Source: Octopus bimaculoides (lineage: Eukaryota). From it: a stretch of 36,048 nucleotides of DNA. The stretch's first letter is position 1. The number at the start of each line of letters is the position of its first letter. Position numbers and translations under genes: made by a program. The DNA lies in the NCBI RefSeq assembly GCF_001194135.2, contig NC_068981.1, positions 99,542,548-99,578,595 on the forward strand, written 5' to 3'. Positions 23,737-36,010 of this stretch are shown in pieces. The notes under the pieces are model-generated. The model saw only the letters and a list, made by a program, of their open reading frames with translations, was not told the DNA's origin and searched no databases.

Positions 23737-24273
23737 CTCTAGGATGCTCTTCAACCTTTCTTCCCTTATTTAACAGCCCCCTACTATCTTCTCTCCACAG
23801 CTTTCCTGTCTGGGATGCTTTCTCTTACTCTCACTGTTTTAAATGCACTCACTCACTGTCCTCTCCCCACATCTTCTCTGCCTCCTCAATATCCTCTCCC
23901 CTACTCCCTCGCACCTCTCTTCCCTTCATTGTCTTTCTGTGGTTCCTCACCACCTTCATCTATTTCTCTCTTTTATGTTACATTCTCCTCACACCTTCTA
24001 TCCATATTTGCCCTTACAATGTATGATAACCCTGAGCCCCCACCTCATTACTCTTACCACTCTGTTCCTCCATTTCTCACTAACTTACAATACTAACCTC
24101 TTTCCCTTCCATATTCTCTTCTCCAATTGTATCTACACTGTTGCTCTCTTCCCTCCTGTCCTTTCACAGCCATAAATCTGTTCTTCCCATCATATTTACC
24201 TCAGCATTAACCTCACATGAATCATTAAACCTTTTTCCTCAATTTTCCTACAATAAGAAGGCTTCCTTTAAAC

Positions 24274-24580
24274 CACTGGTTCTCAACCAGGGTCCATGAA
24301 ACAAAATAGTAAATTTGGGATCCACAATAGTATTTCAAGGGCCCCTAAAAAACTTCTGCTTTAAATGTGTGTATGGTATATATTGCAAGAAACAGCTAGG
24401 TTTCTTTCTTGAATGTTTTACATAGTTCAACTATACAAGTTTATGTGTGCAAAACAAAATAAGATTTTTGAAAGAAGTTTCTATAAAATTAGTTTTTAAA
24501 CATTGAATGGCTATGGGGTTCCACCAGAATAAAAAAATAACCAAAGGGGTCCATAGATGAAAAATGGTTGAGAACCCTTG
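24274..24580. mobile_element. hAT MITE, 307 bp
   Basis: TIR cactggttctcaacca / tggttgagaacccttg. TSD ctttaaac / ctttagac (1 mismatch). Confidence 0.88.
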
Positions 24581-24604
24581 CTTTAGACCCTTAAGTATTG
24601 TCAG

Positions 24605-24815
24605 TTGCAAGGTGACTTCACTAATACTAGTACCACATAAGCACCTTGCACACTTTGTAAAGTGGTTGGTATTAGGAAGGGTATCCAGCCAGAGAAACCA
24701 TACTAAAGACATTGGAGTATGGCAGAGTCCTCTGACTTGTTAGAACCTGTTGAACCATCCAACCCATGCCAGCCTGGAAAACAGATATTAAATGATGATG
24801 TTGATGATGATAATG
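24605..24815 (+). mobile_element. RTE 3'UTR with a (GAT)n tail
   Basis: gtggttggtattaggaagggtatccagcc...aacccatgccagc...aaatgatgatg is the reverse complement of 8278-8460. Confidence 0.85.
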
Positions 24816-25022
24816 ACAACGATTTTACACACAAACACACATATATATATTTACACACATACATATATACATACACACAAATATATATGTACCAATGAGC
24901 AATCGATTGATTGAACAACTGAATGCTTGTCATTGAAACTGATGCCAGATCTATCATATATTTACATACATATATACATACATACACACACACGTGGATG
25001 TAATGTGTTTGTGTATATGTAT

Positions 25023-25290
25023 CTTAGTACCAACACATTGGTTTCTCTTAGTGACAATTGGCAGGTTTACCTTAGTACCACCAACTTGATTTATGTTAGC
25101 AAAAAGATTGGTTTGTTGACCTTATTACCAACAAGTTGTTTTAGCTTAGTATCAATGGTTTGGTTGATCGTTGTGCTAAAAGGGTTGTTGGTTTACTTTC
25201 ATACCTACATTATTGGTTAATCTTAGAGCTAACAAATCAGTTGATTTACATTATTACAAATAGTTGGTTTGCTTTAGTATTAGTTTACCA
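25023..25290. repeat. Degenerate ~24-bp minisatellite (~11 units), consensus approximately CTTAGTACCAACAAGTTGGTTTAC
   Basis: Recurring cttagtacc...ttggttt units. Confidence 0.75.
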
Positions 25291-25654
25291 ATAATTGAAA
25301 AAAAGAACATGAAATGTATGATAAAGATATGTAAATTTCATTTTTTCTTAAATCTCATAATTTTTTATCTTTTGCTGTGACATTTGTTGTGGAGTATGAA
25401 TGAAATTATGATAACTATGCTATAGTGGTATGAATAGAGCTTCAATCAAAGACTAAAATCAGTTTGATGAATGACTTGGCTTACTAGGATCTTACCTTTT
25501 GTTACACTGTACTCACCAAATCTCTCTTCCTTAGAACATAAGGAAGTTGGTAGTGATTGTATGACTTTTCTTGAATCAACATTACATCTTTACGGCACAG
25601 ATATTAGAAGTGGGAAAGTAATAACTTTTGTTGACTGTGGATACAAGTCTAATT

Positions 25655-25835
25655 TTCTTTTCTTTTTATACAAGGTGAGCCAATTGGATTGGTATCATCA
25701 TATCATGGAAGATTATTGATCTTGGACAAATGAGAAGCAAAGTTGATCCTCGTGGGATTTGAACTCAACCCATTAAGAGATGAGAGTAAATACAGTAAAG
25801 CATTTGTATCAGTGCTCTACATCTTCTACCAACAT
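25655..25835 (-). mobile_element. Decayed SINE family C
   Basis: aaagttgatcctcgtgggatttgaactc...aaagcattt resembles 22200-22300. Confidence 0.6.
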
Positions 25836-27521
25836 ACTAAACTATGTAAAATATATATGTATATATATATATATATATATAAAAAAAGGAAAAGATGAAT
25901 CTCCAAAATATAAGATTTTCCAAATTTCTACCAAAATGCGACATTTGTTGTTGAAAATAAAATAGTAAAATATGGATGTAAACACTGGGGTTGTAGTGTG
26001 CATAAAGCTATAAATATTTATCACAAAGTTAGTGCAAGTAAAATTAACTGGGACATCTAAGGCCAGAGGAATAATAAAACATCAAAACTGATTACTGTTG
26101 ACCAACCCTATGAATGAATGACACTGTAACCAGCATCACAACGATAGTTAGATATTTTGGGGGGATTATTGTGCGTTGAACCTACAAATAGGGGAACCTT
26201 AGATGATGAAGTGATGGCCAAACAGATTTGTGATACAAGCATCAAAAAACAGTAGAGGAATAAAAGATTTTTAAAATCCATAAGAAAGAAAGGAAAAACA
26301 ACAACAAAAAGCAACAATCAAAAACCCACAAAGAGGTAGGAAAAAATACATGAATGGTTATTTAATGCAAGTAGTGATAAATACAGTCAATTGCTTGCAG
26401 TTTGAAGTGTCTGTCAATGGGTGATCAACTATAATGATCTTAGAAGAGATCAAATGAGTTGAGGGGGAGGGGGATGAGAGAGAAAGAGAGTGAAATGGTA
26501 TACAATATTCTCACCCTTCCTAAGGGACTAATGGTATATTTTCAAACAGTTAAACAGGAATCAAAACCGAGCCATAGACCAGGTTGACAGTTTACCCACT
26601 ATAGAATGTTATTTGTCATTTACGTATATAAATAGAGAAAGTAACAATAGTTCTAGCTTGCAAGATCAGCAACTGAACAGAATAATAAGCCAAAAAATGT
26701 AAATAAATGCTAAAGCATTGTTTTGGTGTGTAGAATTCTTGTGAAATGTATCTGGGGAACATCAGAATAATTAATTTATGATTCCATATTTTTAGTGTTC
26801 AGTTCGAAGAATTGGTCTTTTGTTTGAACATAACATGTTTCAGATTATGAATGTTAATTTATATAAAATAGATTTTCTTCGTGATTAGGCACAAAAACCT
26901 ATATTTCAAATAAAAAGAATGGAAAGTAGAGATGATGAAACAATTCTGAAGAGCATCAGCAGCTTAATTGAAATGAATTAGTTTCACCTGGGAATCGAAA
27001 TAAAGGTCAGTGGGAGCTTATTTCTTGCTTCCACATTACTTACCAATGTGTATATGTGTATGTGTGTACATTGACTAATGCAGTAGCAGAAATTTTACAA
27101 CAGCCACCATATAACCTGTTGACATCAAATATGAATCAATGAACAGTGATGATGGACATAGATAATCATGGGGTTGGTACCATCTCTGGATCTATGACAC
27201 ACAGACTGTTTTAAAGTTATCTAAATTAAAACATTCCACTGACATTTCTTGTTAAATTTATGTTCTAAGTACCAGCTTTATAATGACAGTTATTTTACTA
27301 AATTGTTCATTATTTTCAAAATTAACTGAAGTAATGGCAGAAATATGGTAACAAAAGGGTTAAATCCAGGATCAACAGAAGAAATAAGCACGTGCTTAGG
27401 GCACAATAGTAAAGGGGGAACACCAGAGGGTTTTTCTTCCAATGCTGTATTTAACGTGATACAAATAGACAATTACAACATTTGTTTTGCAAGATACCTG
27501 ATGTGATATTGTATGTTGAAA

Positions 27522-28235
27522 CAGATATTGTTATATTGCAGGATGGTCAAAGTAAATTTTTTCTTGAGAAATAAACACATGCATTATATATTTGTTTTTC
27601 ACTCATTTAGTGGAGGCGCAATAGCCCAATGGTTAGGGCAGTGGACTTGCGGTCATAGGATCGCGGTTTCGATTCCCAGACCGGGCGTTGTGAGTGTTTA
27701 TTGAGTGAAAACACCTAAAGCTCCATGAGGCTCCGGCAGGGGATGGTGGTGAACCCTGCTGTACTCTTTCACTACAACTTTCTCTCACTCTTACTTCCTG
27801 TTTCTGTTGTGCCTGTAATTCAAAGGGCCAAACTTGTCACATTGTGTCACGCTGAATATCCCCGAGAACTATGTTAAGGGTACACGTGTCTGTGGAGTGC
27901 TCAGCCACTTGCATGTTAATTTCACGAGCAGGCTGTTCCGTTGATCGGATCAACTGGAACCCTCGTTGTCGTAAGCGATGGAGTGCCAACTGTCACTCAT
28001 TTATTATTGTTCTTATTTTATCTTATGTTTTAAACAGAACAGGATGAGACATGGGATGGAAGAGTTGCTGAAGAGGTCACAGGTGTGTGATGAAAGATTT
28101 CCAGACAATGGACATAAAATAAGAACAATAATAAACAAGTGAAGCATAAATATATAGTGCGTGTGTGCTTATTTGGCAAGAAAAAAACCCAAAAGAAGAC
28201 CATCCCAAAATGTAAGAATTTACATAACTGTTTAG
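27522..28235. mobile_element. Foldback element 2, left arm interrupted by a SINE
   Basis: Perfect 22-bp IR at 28000-28021 / 28114-28135. Complementarity resumes left of the SINE (about 27522-27609 versus 28136-28235). Confidence 0.75.
27610..27992 (+). mobile_element. SINE family B with an 11-bp TSD
   Basis: Colinear with 20949-21341. TSD tcactcattta at 27599-27609 and 27993-28003. Confidence 0.95.
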
Positions 28236-28416
28236 CATTATCTATTATATAGTAAAATTAATAAATTAAGCAGGTTAATATTTAATACAGTAGTATGGCC
28301 TGGGTGTTGGTCTGGAAGAAGACTGAATTTTTACTCTATTATTTTACTTTCTGTATTTCATGTATTTATGGTTTGACAGTTAGACATAAAAAGGATTAGT
28401 GGAGTGGGGCACTATT

Positions 28417-28457
28417 GCTGGATTAAGACCAAGGGCTTCACTTGGTCTTAATCTGGC
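28417..28457 (+). repeat. 17-bp stem / 7-nt loop hairpin
   Basis: gctggattaagaccaag-ggcttca-cttggtcttaatctggc: 15 Watson-Crick pairs plus 2 G-U pairs. Confidence 0.9.
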
Positions 28458-29720
28458 CCAGACTAAAACACATGAAGTACATGATATAAAAAGTATAATG
28501 ACACAAATATTAGCTGAAATATAGGACACTAATTACTATTTTGAAGGTTATAATAAATAATAAAATGCAGGAAGTAGGAAAAGCTTGATGTCAAATTACT
28601 AAACTTGCTTATTTTAGTCTTCAAAGAGAGGAAATAATGTCTAATGTTGGTTCTACTATTCTTTAATCCTATGCTATGTTTAAATCAGGGTTGGATTAAG
28701 GACAACGTAAACATACACAAACACACACACACGTGTGTGTATATATATGTAGAGAGAGAAAGAGAGGATTGGGAGAATATTGTCATGATATTAAAATAAA
28801 TGTTTAATTTGTAGTTTTATAGGATCAGTTGAAGAAAAAGAACTAAAACCATTAATTTCTCAAAAAGATATAACAGAGGTATATCTTTCACAGAAAGTAG
28901 ATTAACATTTCACTTCAAGCTAGTAGTAGATATCTCTCCTTGACAGATATCAGATACAGAGCACCAAGCAATTGACTCTCTTTGTCACACATACAACAAA
29001 TAAATGAAATTTAAAAAAGCACACACACACACACACACTCTCTCTCTCTCTCTCTCACTCACTCACGCATACAAAGAGTTGAACTTTAAATAACATCTTT
29101 AGCTGTTTCCATGCTTCAGCTGAAATGGCAGATTTTTTTTACGTCTTTCACACACCTGAAATTTTTGCAGACACATATCAAGAATATATGTAATTTTGTA
29201 ATTTCATTTCACATATTACCAAATTTTCTATCTCTGCTATTTACATCCATTAGTATATGTTATATTGTGTGTCTCTAGGATGTTTTTCATAGACTAAAAG
29301 TAGCTTCTTGGGATCTGAGTTGCCACCTGATATTGATTCTCAGCTGTATCTCTTTCCCTTGACACACACATCTGTCTGTCTATGTGTGAGTGTTATATAT
29401 TGTGTTCTTGTTCCATACTAGTATATGTGAGTGGTTGATTTTTGATGGAGCATACGTTTTTAGAGTTGGATAATCTTCCCACTATTAAATACTCAAATGT
29501 GAAGTAGAAGTGGAGAAATTGTTATTAACAGAAGTAAAGAGAAAGAATACAGTAATGGCAAAAGCAAAGTTTGAACACGTGACCAAGAAGGGATCTGTAA
29601 ACTGGTATCTTTCCTCACAAATCTTAATTTTGATACAAATTTTATTTTTGTGAAGAACTGACTTTGTGAAAGCAAGATGTAATGCAATTCTATTGCTTTG
29701 TTTGATTGCCTCCCTGTTAG

Positions 29721-29877
29721 ATTCCTTGTACAGACACTGTGTAAGCTGCAGACCACTGCTAACTGAAAAGACATCAGCCCATATTCAGCAATGTCCTAGA
29801 TCTTATGCCAAAACAGTTTTCCACCCCTCAGTCCACATGGCTGTAAATAGGCATCATGGGACATACATTTTAGAGCA
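29721..29877 (+). CDS. Candidate coding exon, unknown protein
   Basis: Pyrimidine-rich ...ccctgttag acceptor, CA|gtaagt donor, and only one open frame (DSLYRHCVSCRPLL...GTYILE). No recognised homology. Confidence 0.28.
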
Positions 29878-29974
29878 GTAAGTAACAGCTACACACTAAA
29901 ATTGTCAAGTGTTTTGATAGCTTGCAATGATTTAGAGAGGGATAGCTTCTGGAAAACTAATTTGTTACCGTCAG

Positions 29975-29978
<4 letters not shown>

Positions 29979-30042
<64 letters not shown>
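29979..30042. repeat. (TA)n microsatellite; further TA/CA/GA tracts near 6965, 13409, 18855, 19935, 21419, 22806, 25855, 29018, 32790, 33644, 33838, 34723, 35036 and 36012
   Basis: Directly visible. Confidence 0.97.
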
Positions 30043-30045
<3 letters not shown>

Positions 30046-32021
30046 ATGGAGGAAGACAGCCAAGCTTTCCTGTGATGATCAAGCTTTTCTCTTTCTCAAA
30101 GTGTTAGTGATATAAATGAAGAAAAGTGAAACAGCAACAACGGGGAAATAACCATAAATTGTTGACTTAGCTTGCTACATGGTTAGCATGACTCAACTAA
30201 CTGTAGATCATCATAACGTTGATATAGTTTTTACGAGGTACAAAGACCCTATATCTCAGGGAAAGTGGTGGTGGTGGGGGAATCAGATATTGAGATGGTT
30301 ATGCTTTTCCAGGGGCTTTAGCAGTGCAAGTGAAACAATCTCATTTCAACCAAGAACTGAAACTGCATTGAGGTGTGAACTTGATAGTTTATCTCTGGTT
30401 CAATAGTATTTGTCACAGTTTATGGTAATATAGAAAACAGGTGACAAAATAATTCTCTTTATATTTATACGATTAAGCTTTAAATAGTTAAAAATATTTT
30501 AAACAATTATGATAAATATATATATATATATATATATAATTATTGTAGTTTTTTTTAGCTGGAAAAATGTCTAAAAGAACATTTAAGGATGGGCAATAAA
30601 AAACAGTAAATATATCTGGTGCATTTAGTTTGATATGTAGATTAATTCATAGTCATATTAACAGTCATTTAGTTGCATTTTAACTCACATCCAACATCTA
30701 TCTCGCATCTTGACGATCAACTCATAGAAATAGGGCTAATAGTTAGAGATCATCTGATTATTTCTGGATAATCTCAAATTTTTGTGAATGCTGTTTGGCT
30801 ATTTTGTCAGAGTACAATAGTTTTCAGAATTACTTTTCGAAATTTATTCAGAATTATCTCCCTTTGCTGCCAGTATCAATCCTTCGAGGGATATTTTCCT
30901 AATTAAGGCCAAGAAATTAAAACAATTTGTATTTAAACTGTAAAATAATTTATATTTTGTCTTATTCTTTATTTTTACAATTTCTCATCTTCAATCAATA
31001 GGGATTTCATAATAGACAGGAGAGAAATAACTTCGACCAGAAAACCAGAAATGTGAAAACTTGTATTCTGTAAAAGAGCCACACATTTGGGAAAAGTGAT
31101 GGGAAAACTCAATAATAAATAAATAAATGAATAGAAAATTTGAAACAAAAAAAAAAAAGAAAAAAAGTAATAATTTATTTAAAAGTTGTGATTCTTTTTT
31201 TTTTTTTTTTAATAGTTCCTTTTAAAACAGGAAAGAAAGTTTTGATGATTTTTACTTTGTTTTTTCTTTTATTTTGGTTTTCTTTTCTTATGATTATAGA
31301 ATGGTATGGATGGAATTGAATAAAACTTATTGCATAGAGGAAGAATAAAACAGCAACAACAAATAACAAGAAGAGTAAAATTAATAAAAATAAAACAAGT
31401 AGATGAATGAAAGAAGATGCAGTAAAAAAAAAAAACAAGAAACAAATTTGAGGAATTTGGTGGTGGTGGTAGTAGGAGTAGTAGTTATGGTGGTGGTGGT
31501 TGTGGTAGTGGGAGTATAACATTGTTAAAGAAGTCAAGGAGGGAAGGGAAGAGGGTTCGGCTATATAAGGAAAGGATAGCCAGTGTAATTGGCACAATAG
31601 TAACATGTCCTACAGTAACAAGTACATGGACATTACTTACAAAGAACACATCAACATGTAAAACAAATGGGAATATTCTGTTATATAAAATACAAGAGGA
31701 AAGGGAATGAGATAAAAAAAAAAAACAACAAAAAAAATGAACATGATATTTCAGATATCAACATTTCTTAAATTAATGAAGATATCAGGAACTGCTTTAT
31801 ATTGAAACTTTATCATGCGTTATTTCTCTCACTGTATGAATGTTTTCTGCTGTTGTATGTTGTTATAATATGTACGTTTTCCTCTAGAATGATACTTGCT
31901 GTGTTGATCTGTATGTGACATTTCCATAGCAAGGTGAATCACTTCTTGCTTGAGCTGTTGCTAATCATTGTTTTTTTTTTTTTTGTTTGTTTAAGTTTGT
32001 TTTTGGTTTAACTTATTTCAG

Positions 32022-32133
32022 CCATTGGAAAGTTCAAAGAAATTTGTTAGATTGTTCAACCATTTTTGCAAGAACTAGTGAAGCACCCAATGGAAGGAAC
32101 AACCTATCAACAATATCCAATGAACAAAATATG
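32022..32133 (+). CDS. Candidate coding exon, unknown protein
   Basis: Long T-tract plus tttaacttatttcag acceptor, ATG|gtaaaa donor, and a single open frame HWKVQRNLLDCSTIFARTSEAPNGRNNLSTISNEQNM. Confidence 0.45.
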
Positions 32134-32798
32134 GTAAAATTGAAATTATCTATTTTTAAATAATTTTGTTTGTATAAATTTGTTATTTTGAAAAAATTAT
32201 AAAATTTTATTCAAGGTTTGTAAAAAATTTAGAATTTATTACACACGTTTAAATATTTCCCATTATATAACTATCAATGATTTATACTATCTAAAATTGG
32301 AAAAGAAACAAAAATGAATCTTGCATAAAGTTGTTTCAGTGATCAACATGTCACAAGTTGAATATTATTACAGATATCACGAAAATAACTTTGCAGGTTA
32401 AGGTCCCAGCATTCAGCTTAGCAAACTAGGATTCTGTACCCTAGCAATTTATAGGGTACTTGCAGCAGTTTGGATTCACTGGTAACACTATACTGAATAT
32501 ATATCAAAAGAATTAAGGAAAAAAATGTAGACTGATGAAAAACATCATTATTTTTTGGCATACAAGTTAATGTAGAATATAATGTAGTGCAAACATTACA
32601 AAATTGTCACTATTCTTCCAAATCCTGCTGCATTTCACATGAAATTTTTGGTCCTCCAAAGTTGTCTTGGTGTATATGTCAACCTGCTTTTTTTGGCCGT
32701 AAATTCTGGTAAGAAAAATTTGACTGGTATGCCAGGAAATACAACAGAAATAGAAAAGATTGTACATGCTGAAATTATGCCCTATATCTATATATCAA

Positions 32799-32831
<33 letters not shown>

Positions 32832-33079
32832 TCAAACACTAACTAATCTACCTAAGTATAAGTGTTATATCTAACTGCCTTATCTCTGGGCAGCTAAAGT
32901 ATGTCTTTTTAATTTTGGGCATTCCATTGAAATTATATAATGAGAAAATGCATATGAATGAATGTATATGTATGTGTAGCATAAGAGGGAGAAAATATGT
33001 GAGACATGCACAGTTCAAAAGAGATTTTGATGATCTATACATATACTTTTATGTAATCAAGTACATCATTGGTTATGCC

Positions 33080-33542
33080 ATATAACTAGTCAGAAAGTAA
33101 CCATTGATTTCATGTCCACTATTGCATTTGGCAGTATAGTTGTCTCATCAGACCTGCTGGCCAGAAGCACATAAGCTCTCTACTGATGGAGTTAAATATA
33201 GTCTTAGTTTGGTGGTGGAAACTGAAACAAAAGAAAAACGACAGGTCTTGACATTGAATGAGAAGGGTGGAGCAAACCAGAGGATTTTACATCAGCACAT
33301 TCTTTAGTGGGTGTTAGGTCCAGGCATATAGGTGACATAGTAAACCCACTAGCTACCAGAGCTTCATTGTAATAGTGGGGGCCATTGCATCAAAAACGTC
33401 TTTATTCATTTTGCTTTTTGTGTAATCAAACTGAAACTGTATATTTGCCTCCATCAGTAATGAGGCTATGTACTCCTGGCTAGCAGGTCTCATGTGACAT
33501 CTACATTGCCAAGTGCAATAGTAACTTTCTGACAGGTTATAT
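33080..33542. mobile_element. Foldback element 3 with ~110-130 bp imperfect arms
   Basis: atataactagtcagaaagt..actattgcatttggc...cagacctgctggccag...tactgatggag...agtttg versus the reverse complement of 33427-33542. Confidence 0.85.
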
Positions 33543-33639
33543 TCTATAAATCAAGGATATATGACTCAACTACATAAAAATACAACTGCTCAAAATTTAT
33601 TTTAGAGTATGCTTATTTTTCCTGATTCAGGACAACTGA

Positions 33640-33688
<49 letters not shown>

Positions 33689-33835
33689 AGAGAGAGAGAG
33701 AGAGAAGTGTAGATAAATAAGACATTTTAATAGCAAGGTGAACCACTGTATATGTATGTGCAGTATGAGAGAAAATGTGACAGAGGCCAAGAATTGAAGA
33801 GAGCATTGTACATATACATGCATACATACATATGC

Positions 33836-33875
<40 letters not shown>

Positions 33876-34137
33876 ATATGAATGTATCTATGTATGTATA
33901 AATAACATGAGTAGTAGAGAGAGAATAAGATAAAAAGATAGACATGTAAAAAGATGGATATACTGGTTAAAGTGAATGATTCAAAGAATAAGTGTGTGGT
34001 CTGTTAGAGTGTATTCGAAAAGATATACACATAGGTACATATACAGGTTATTTGATATGGTCAATACCACTCACTTACAATGGCTTCTTCACATTCTTGC
34101 CTTTAAAAAAATATCCATTTTATTTTTACCTTATAAG

Positions 34138-34229
34138 GTCTCACTGAAGATAAAAAAAGGCCAGGAAGAGAATTAACAGATGTTATTGCCAGGAATGTGT
34201 CAGAAGTAAATCCAAAGACTAAGTCTTTG
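34138..34229 (+). CDS. Candidate coding exon, unknown protein
   Basis: attttatttttaccttataag acceptor, TTG|gtaatg donor, and a single open frame LTEDKKRPGRELTDVIARNVSEVNPKTKSL. Confidence 0.42.
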
Positions 34230-34722
34230 GTAATGTGACAGTATTAATGGTAATGATGTATACATATATATACACATGGAAAAGTGAATAGGTTAAGCTG
34301 AATTTCTCGACTTCAAATACAGACAGGCATAAAAACATTCACACACACACACACACACACATGCAAGCATGTATGAAAGAGGGGGAGAGTAAAAATACAA
34401 TTATCTGAAAAAAAAAAAAGGTGGAGGNNNNNNNNNNNNNNNNNNNNNNNNNNNNNNNNNNNNNNNNNNNNNNNNNNNNNNNNNNNNNNNNNNNNNNNNN
34501 NNNNNNNNNNNNNNNNNNNNNNNNNNNNNNNNNNNNNNNNNNNNNNNNNNNNNNNNNNNNNNNNNNNNNNNNNNNNNNNNNNNNNNNNNNNNNNNNNNNN
34601 NNNNNNNNNNNNNNNNNNNNNNNNNNNNNNNNNNNNNNNNNNNNNNNNNNNNNNNNNNNNNNNNNNNNNNNNNNNNNNNNNNNNNNNNNNNNNNNNNNNN
34701 NNNNNNNNNNNNNNNNNNNNNN

Positions 34723-34765
<43 letters not shown>

Positions 34766-35212
34766 GAGAGAGAGAGAGAGAGAGAGGATAGAAGATATAA
34801 AAATGGGGCAAAGAAAAAAATGGAACAGAAAACGAAAAAGCTGAATGCAAGAGTAAAGAAATCTGTGTATGAAAGAGAGATTGAAAAAGAAAGATAGACA
34901 ATGAAATGGAATGTGTATAAGAAAACAAAAGAGAAAAGAATGAGTAAGATATATAAATGTTACATATAGGTATCAGTGAATGAGAGTTGTAGAATAGAGA
35001 CAGACAAACAGACAGAGCCCAACAGTCAAACATGTATACAGAGAGAGAGAGAGAGAGAGAGAGAAAATAACAGAAAAATGGAATGTGGAAAAGGAGAGTA
35101 AGAGATTTTCCTGAGCAAATGTTGCAGAAATAAAATCACTTTGCGAATATTTCATTTCAAAAGAAAAATTAAAAAAAAAAAAAAACTTTCAACAATTTTG
35201 TTTTTGGTATAG

Positions 35213-35364
35213 CTGAGGAAATATATAGTTTCAGCAGAGGCTTGGTGCGAAACTGGCTTTCATATTTGTCTGCATTGGTGGTTATAAATACGTATGTTTT
35301 TTGTGTACAGAAACAGTGCGGTCAGTGCTGCAAAAATATTGGTCAAAAATGTAGACACCTTTGA
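35213..35364 (+). CDS. Candidate terminal exon: hydrophobic segment plus Cys-rich tail
   Basis: ttttgtttttggtatag acceptor; reads EEIYSFSRGLVRNWLSYLSALVVINTYVFCVQKQCGQCCKNIGQKCRHL*. ATTAAA hexamers follow downstream. Confidence 0.38.
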
Positions 35365-36010
35365 TTAGTTTATTAAATCGATTTAAAATTATGAGTTAAT
35401 TATCTATGCTATTCTTCATGCAAGAGCATTAAATCTGAGTGATGGAGCTTAACAAACCACCTGTCTGATGAGCAAACTACAAGAAATTTCATCTCTTTTA
35501 CTACAAAAAAGTAAGGAAAGAAAAGTTTGACTGCCTTACTTACAGTATAATACAGTGGCATTAGTGAGATATCAACTCACCTCATCTACAAAGCAGGTAT
35601 GGTACCTTGGATATTCTGAGAACATTGATTACCAAATGAATTCTTGATTATCAAAATTAGATTGGTTAAAATAGATTAAAAGTTTAAAAGACTAAAAATT
35701 ATTTATCAAAATGAAAAAAAAAAATCATTCATGTTCTCTCATTCAAACACTTGTATATAGTTTTCTTCCACAAAATGTACAAACACACACACAAACACAA
35801 AATTTGTATGTTGCTTTATGTAAGACAGATGAAACAGGAGTGCTCAATAGATGTTGTAGAGGATATAACTTGTTACTAAAACTGTGAGTTTGCTTCACTA
35901 CTCAATTTTCCCGCCACAGTGTGACTTTTTTAAGTCACTGATTTCTCACCAGCAGATTACAGGGAATGAAACTCAAGTTGTGAGGCAAACTCGCAATTTC
36001 AAAGAAAATG

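Noticed and set aside
23724-24175. Three overlapping ORFs of about 100 aa
   Set aside because: A pyrimidine-rich strand is depleted of stop codons; there are no convincing protein motifs.
25023-25290. CRISPR-like array
   Set aside because: Eukaryotic context; contiguous degenerate units with no unique spacers and no cas genes.
26152-26255. Peptide ILGGLLCVEPTNRGTLDDEV resembling kinase subdomain XI
   Set aside because: Poor acceptor, and no other kinase motifs (HRD, DFG, APE) were found in the window.
26402-26421. FEVSVNG micro-exon resembling SelW/Rdx or galectin
   Set aside because: Only 20 nt, weak donor, no companion exons.
27610-27685. tRNA gene
   Set aside because: It is the tRNA-like head of a SINE flanked by a TSD, without a complete cloverleaf.
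31175-31606. 143-aa hydrophobic ORF
   Set aside because: Translation of low-complexity A-rich and trinucleotide repeats.
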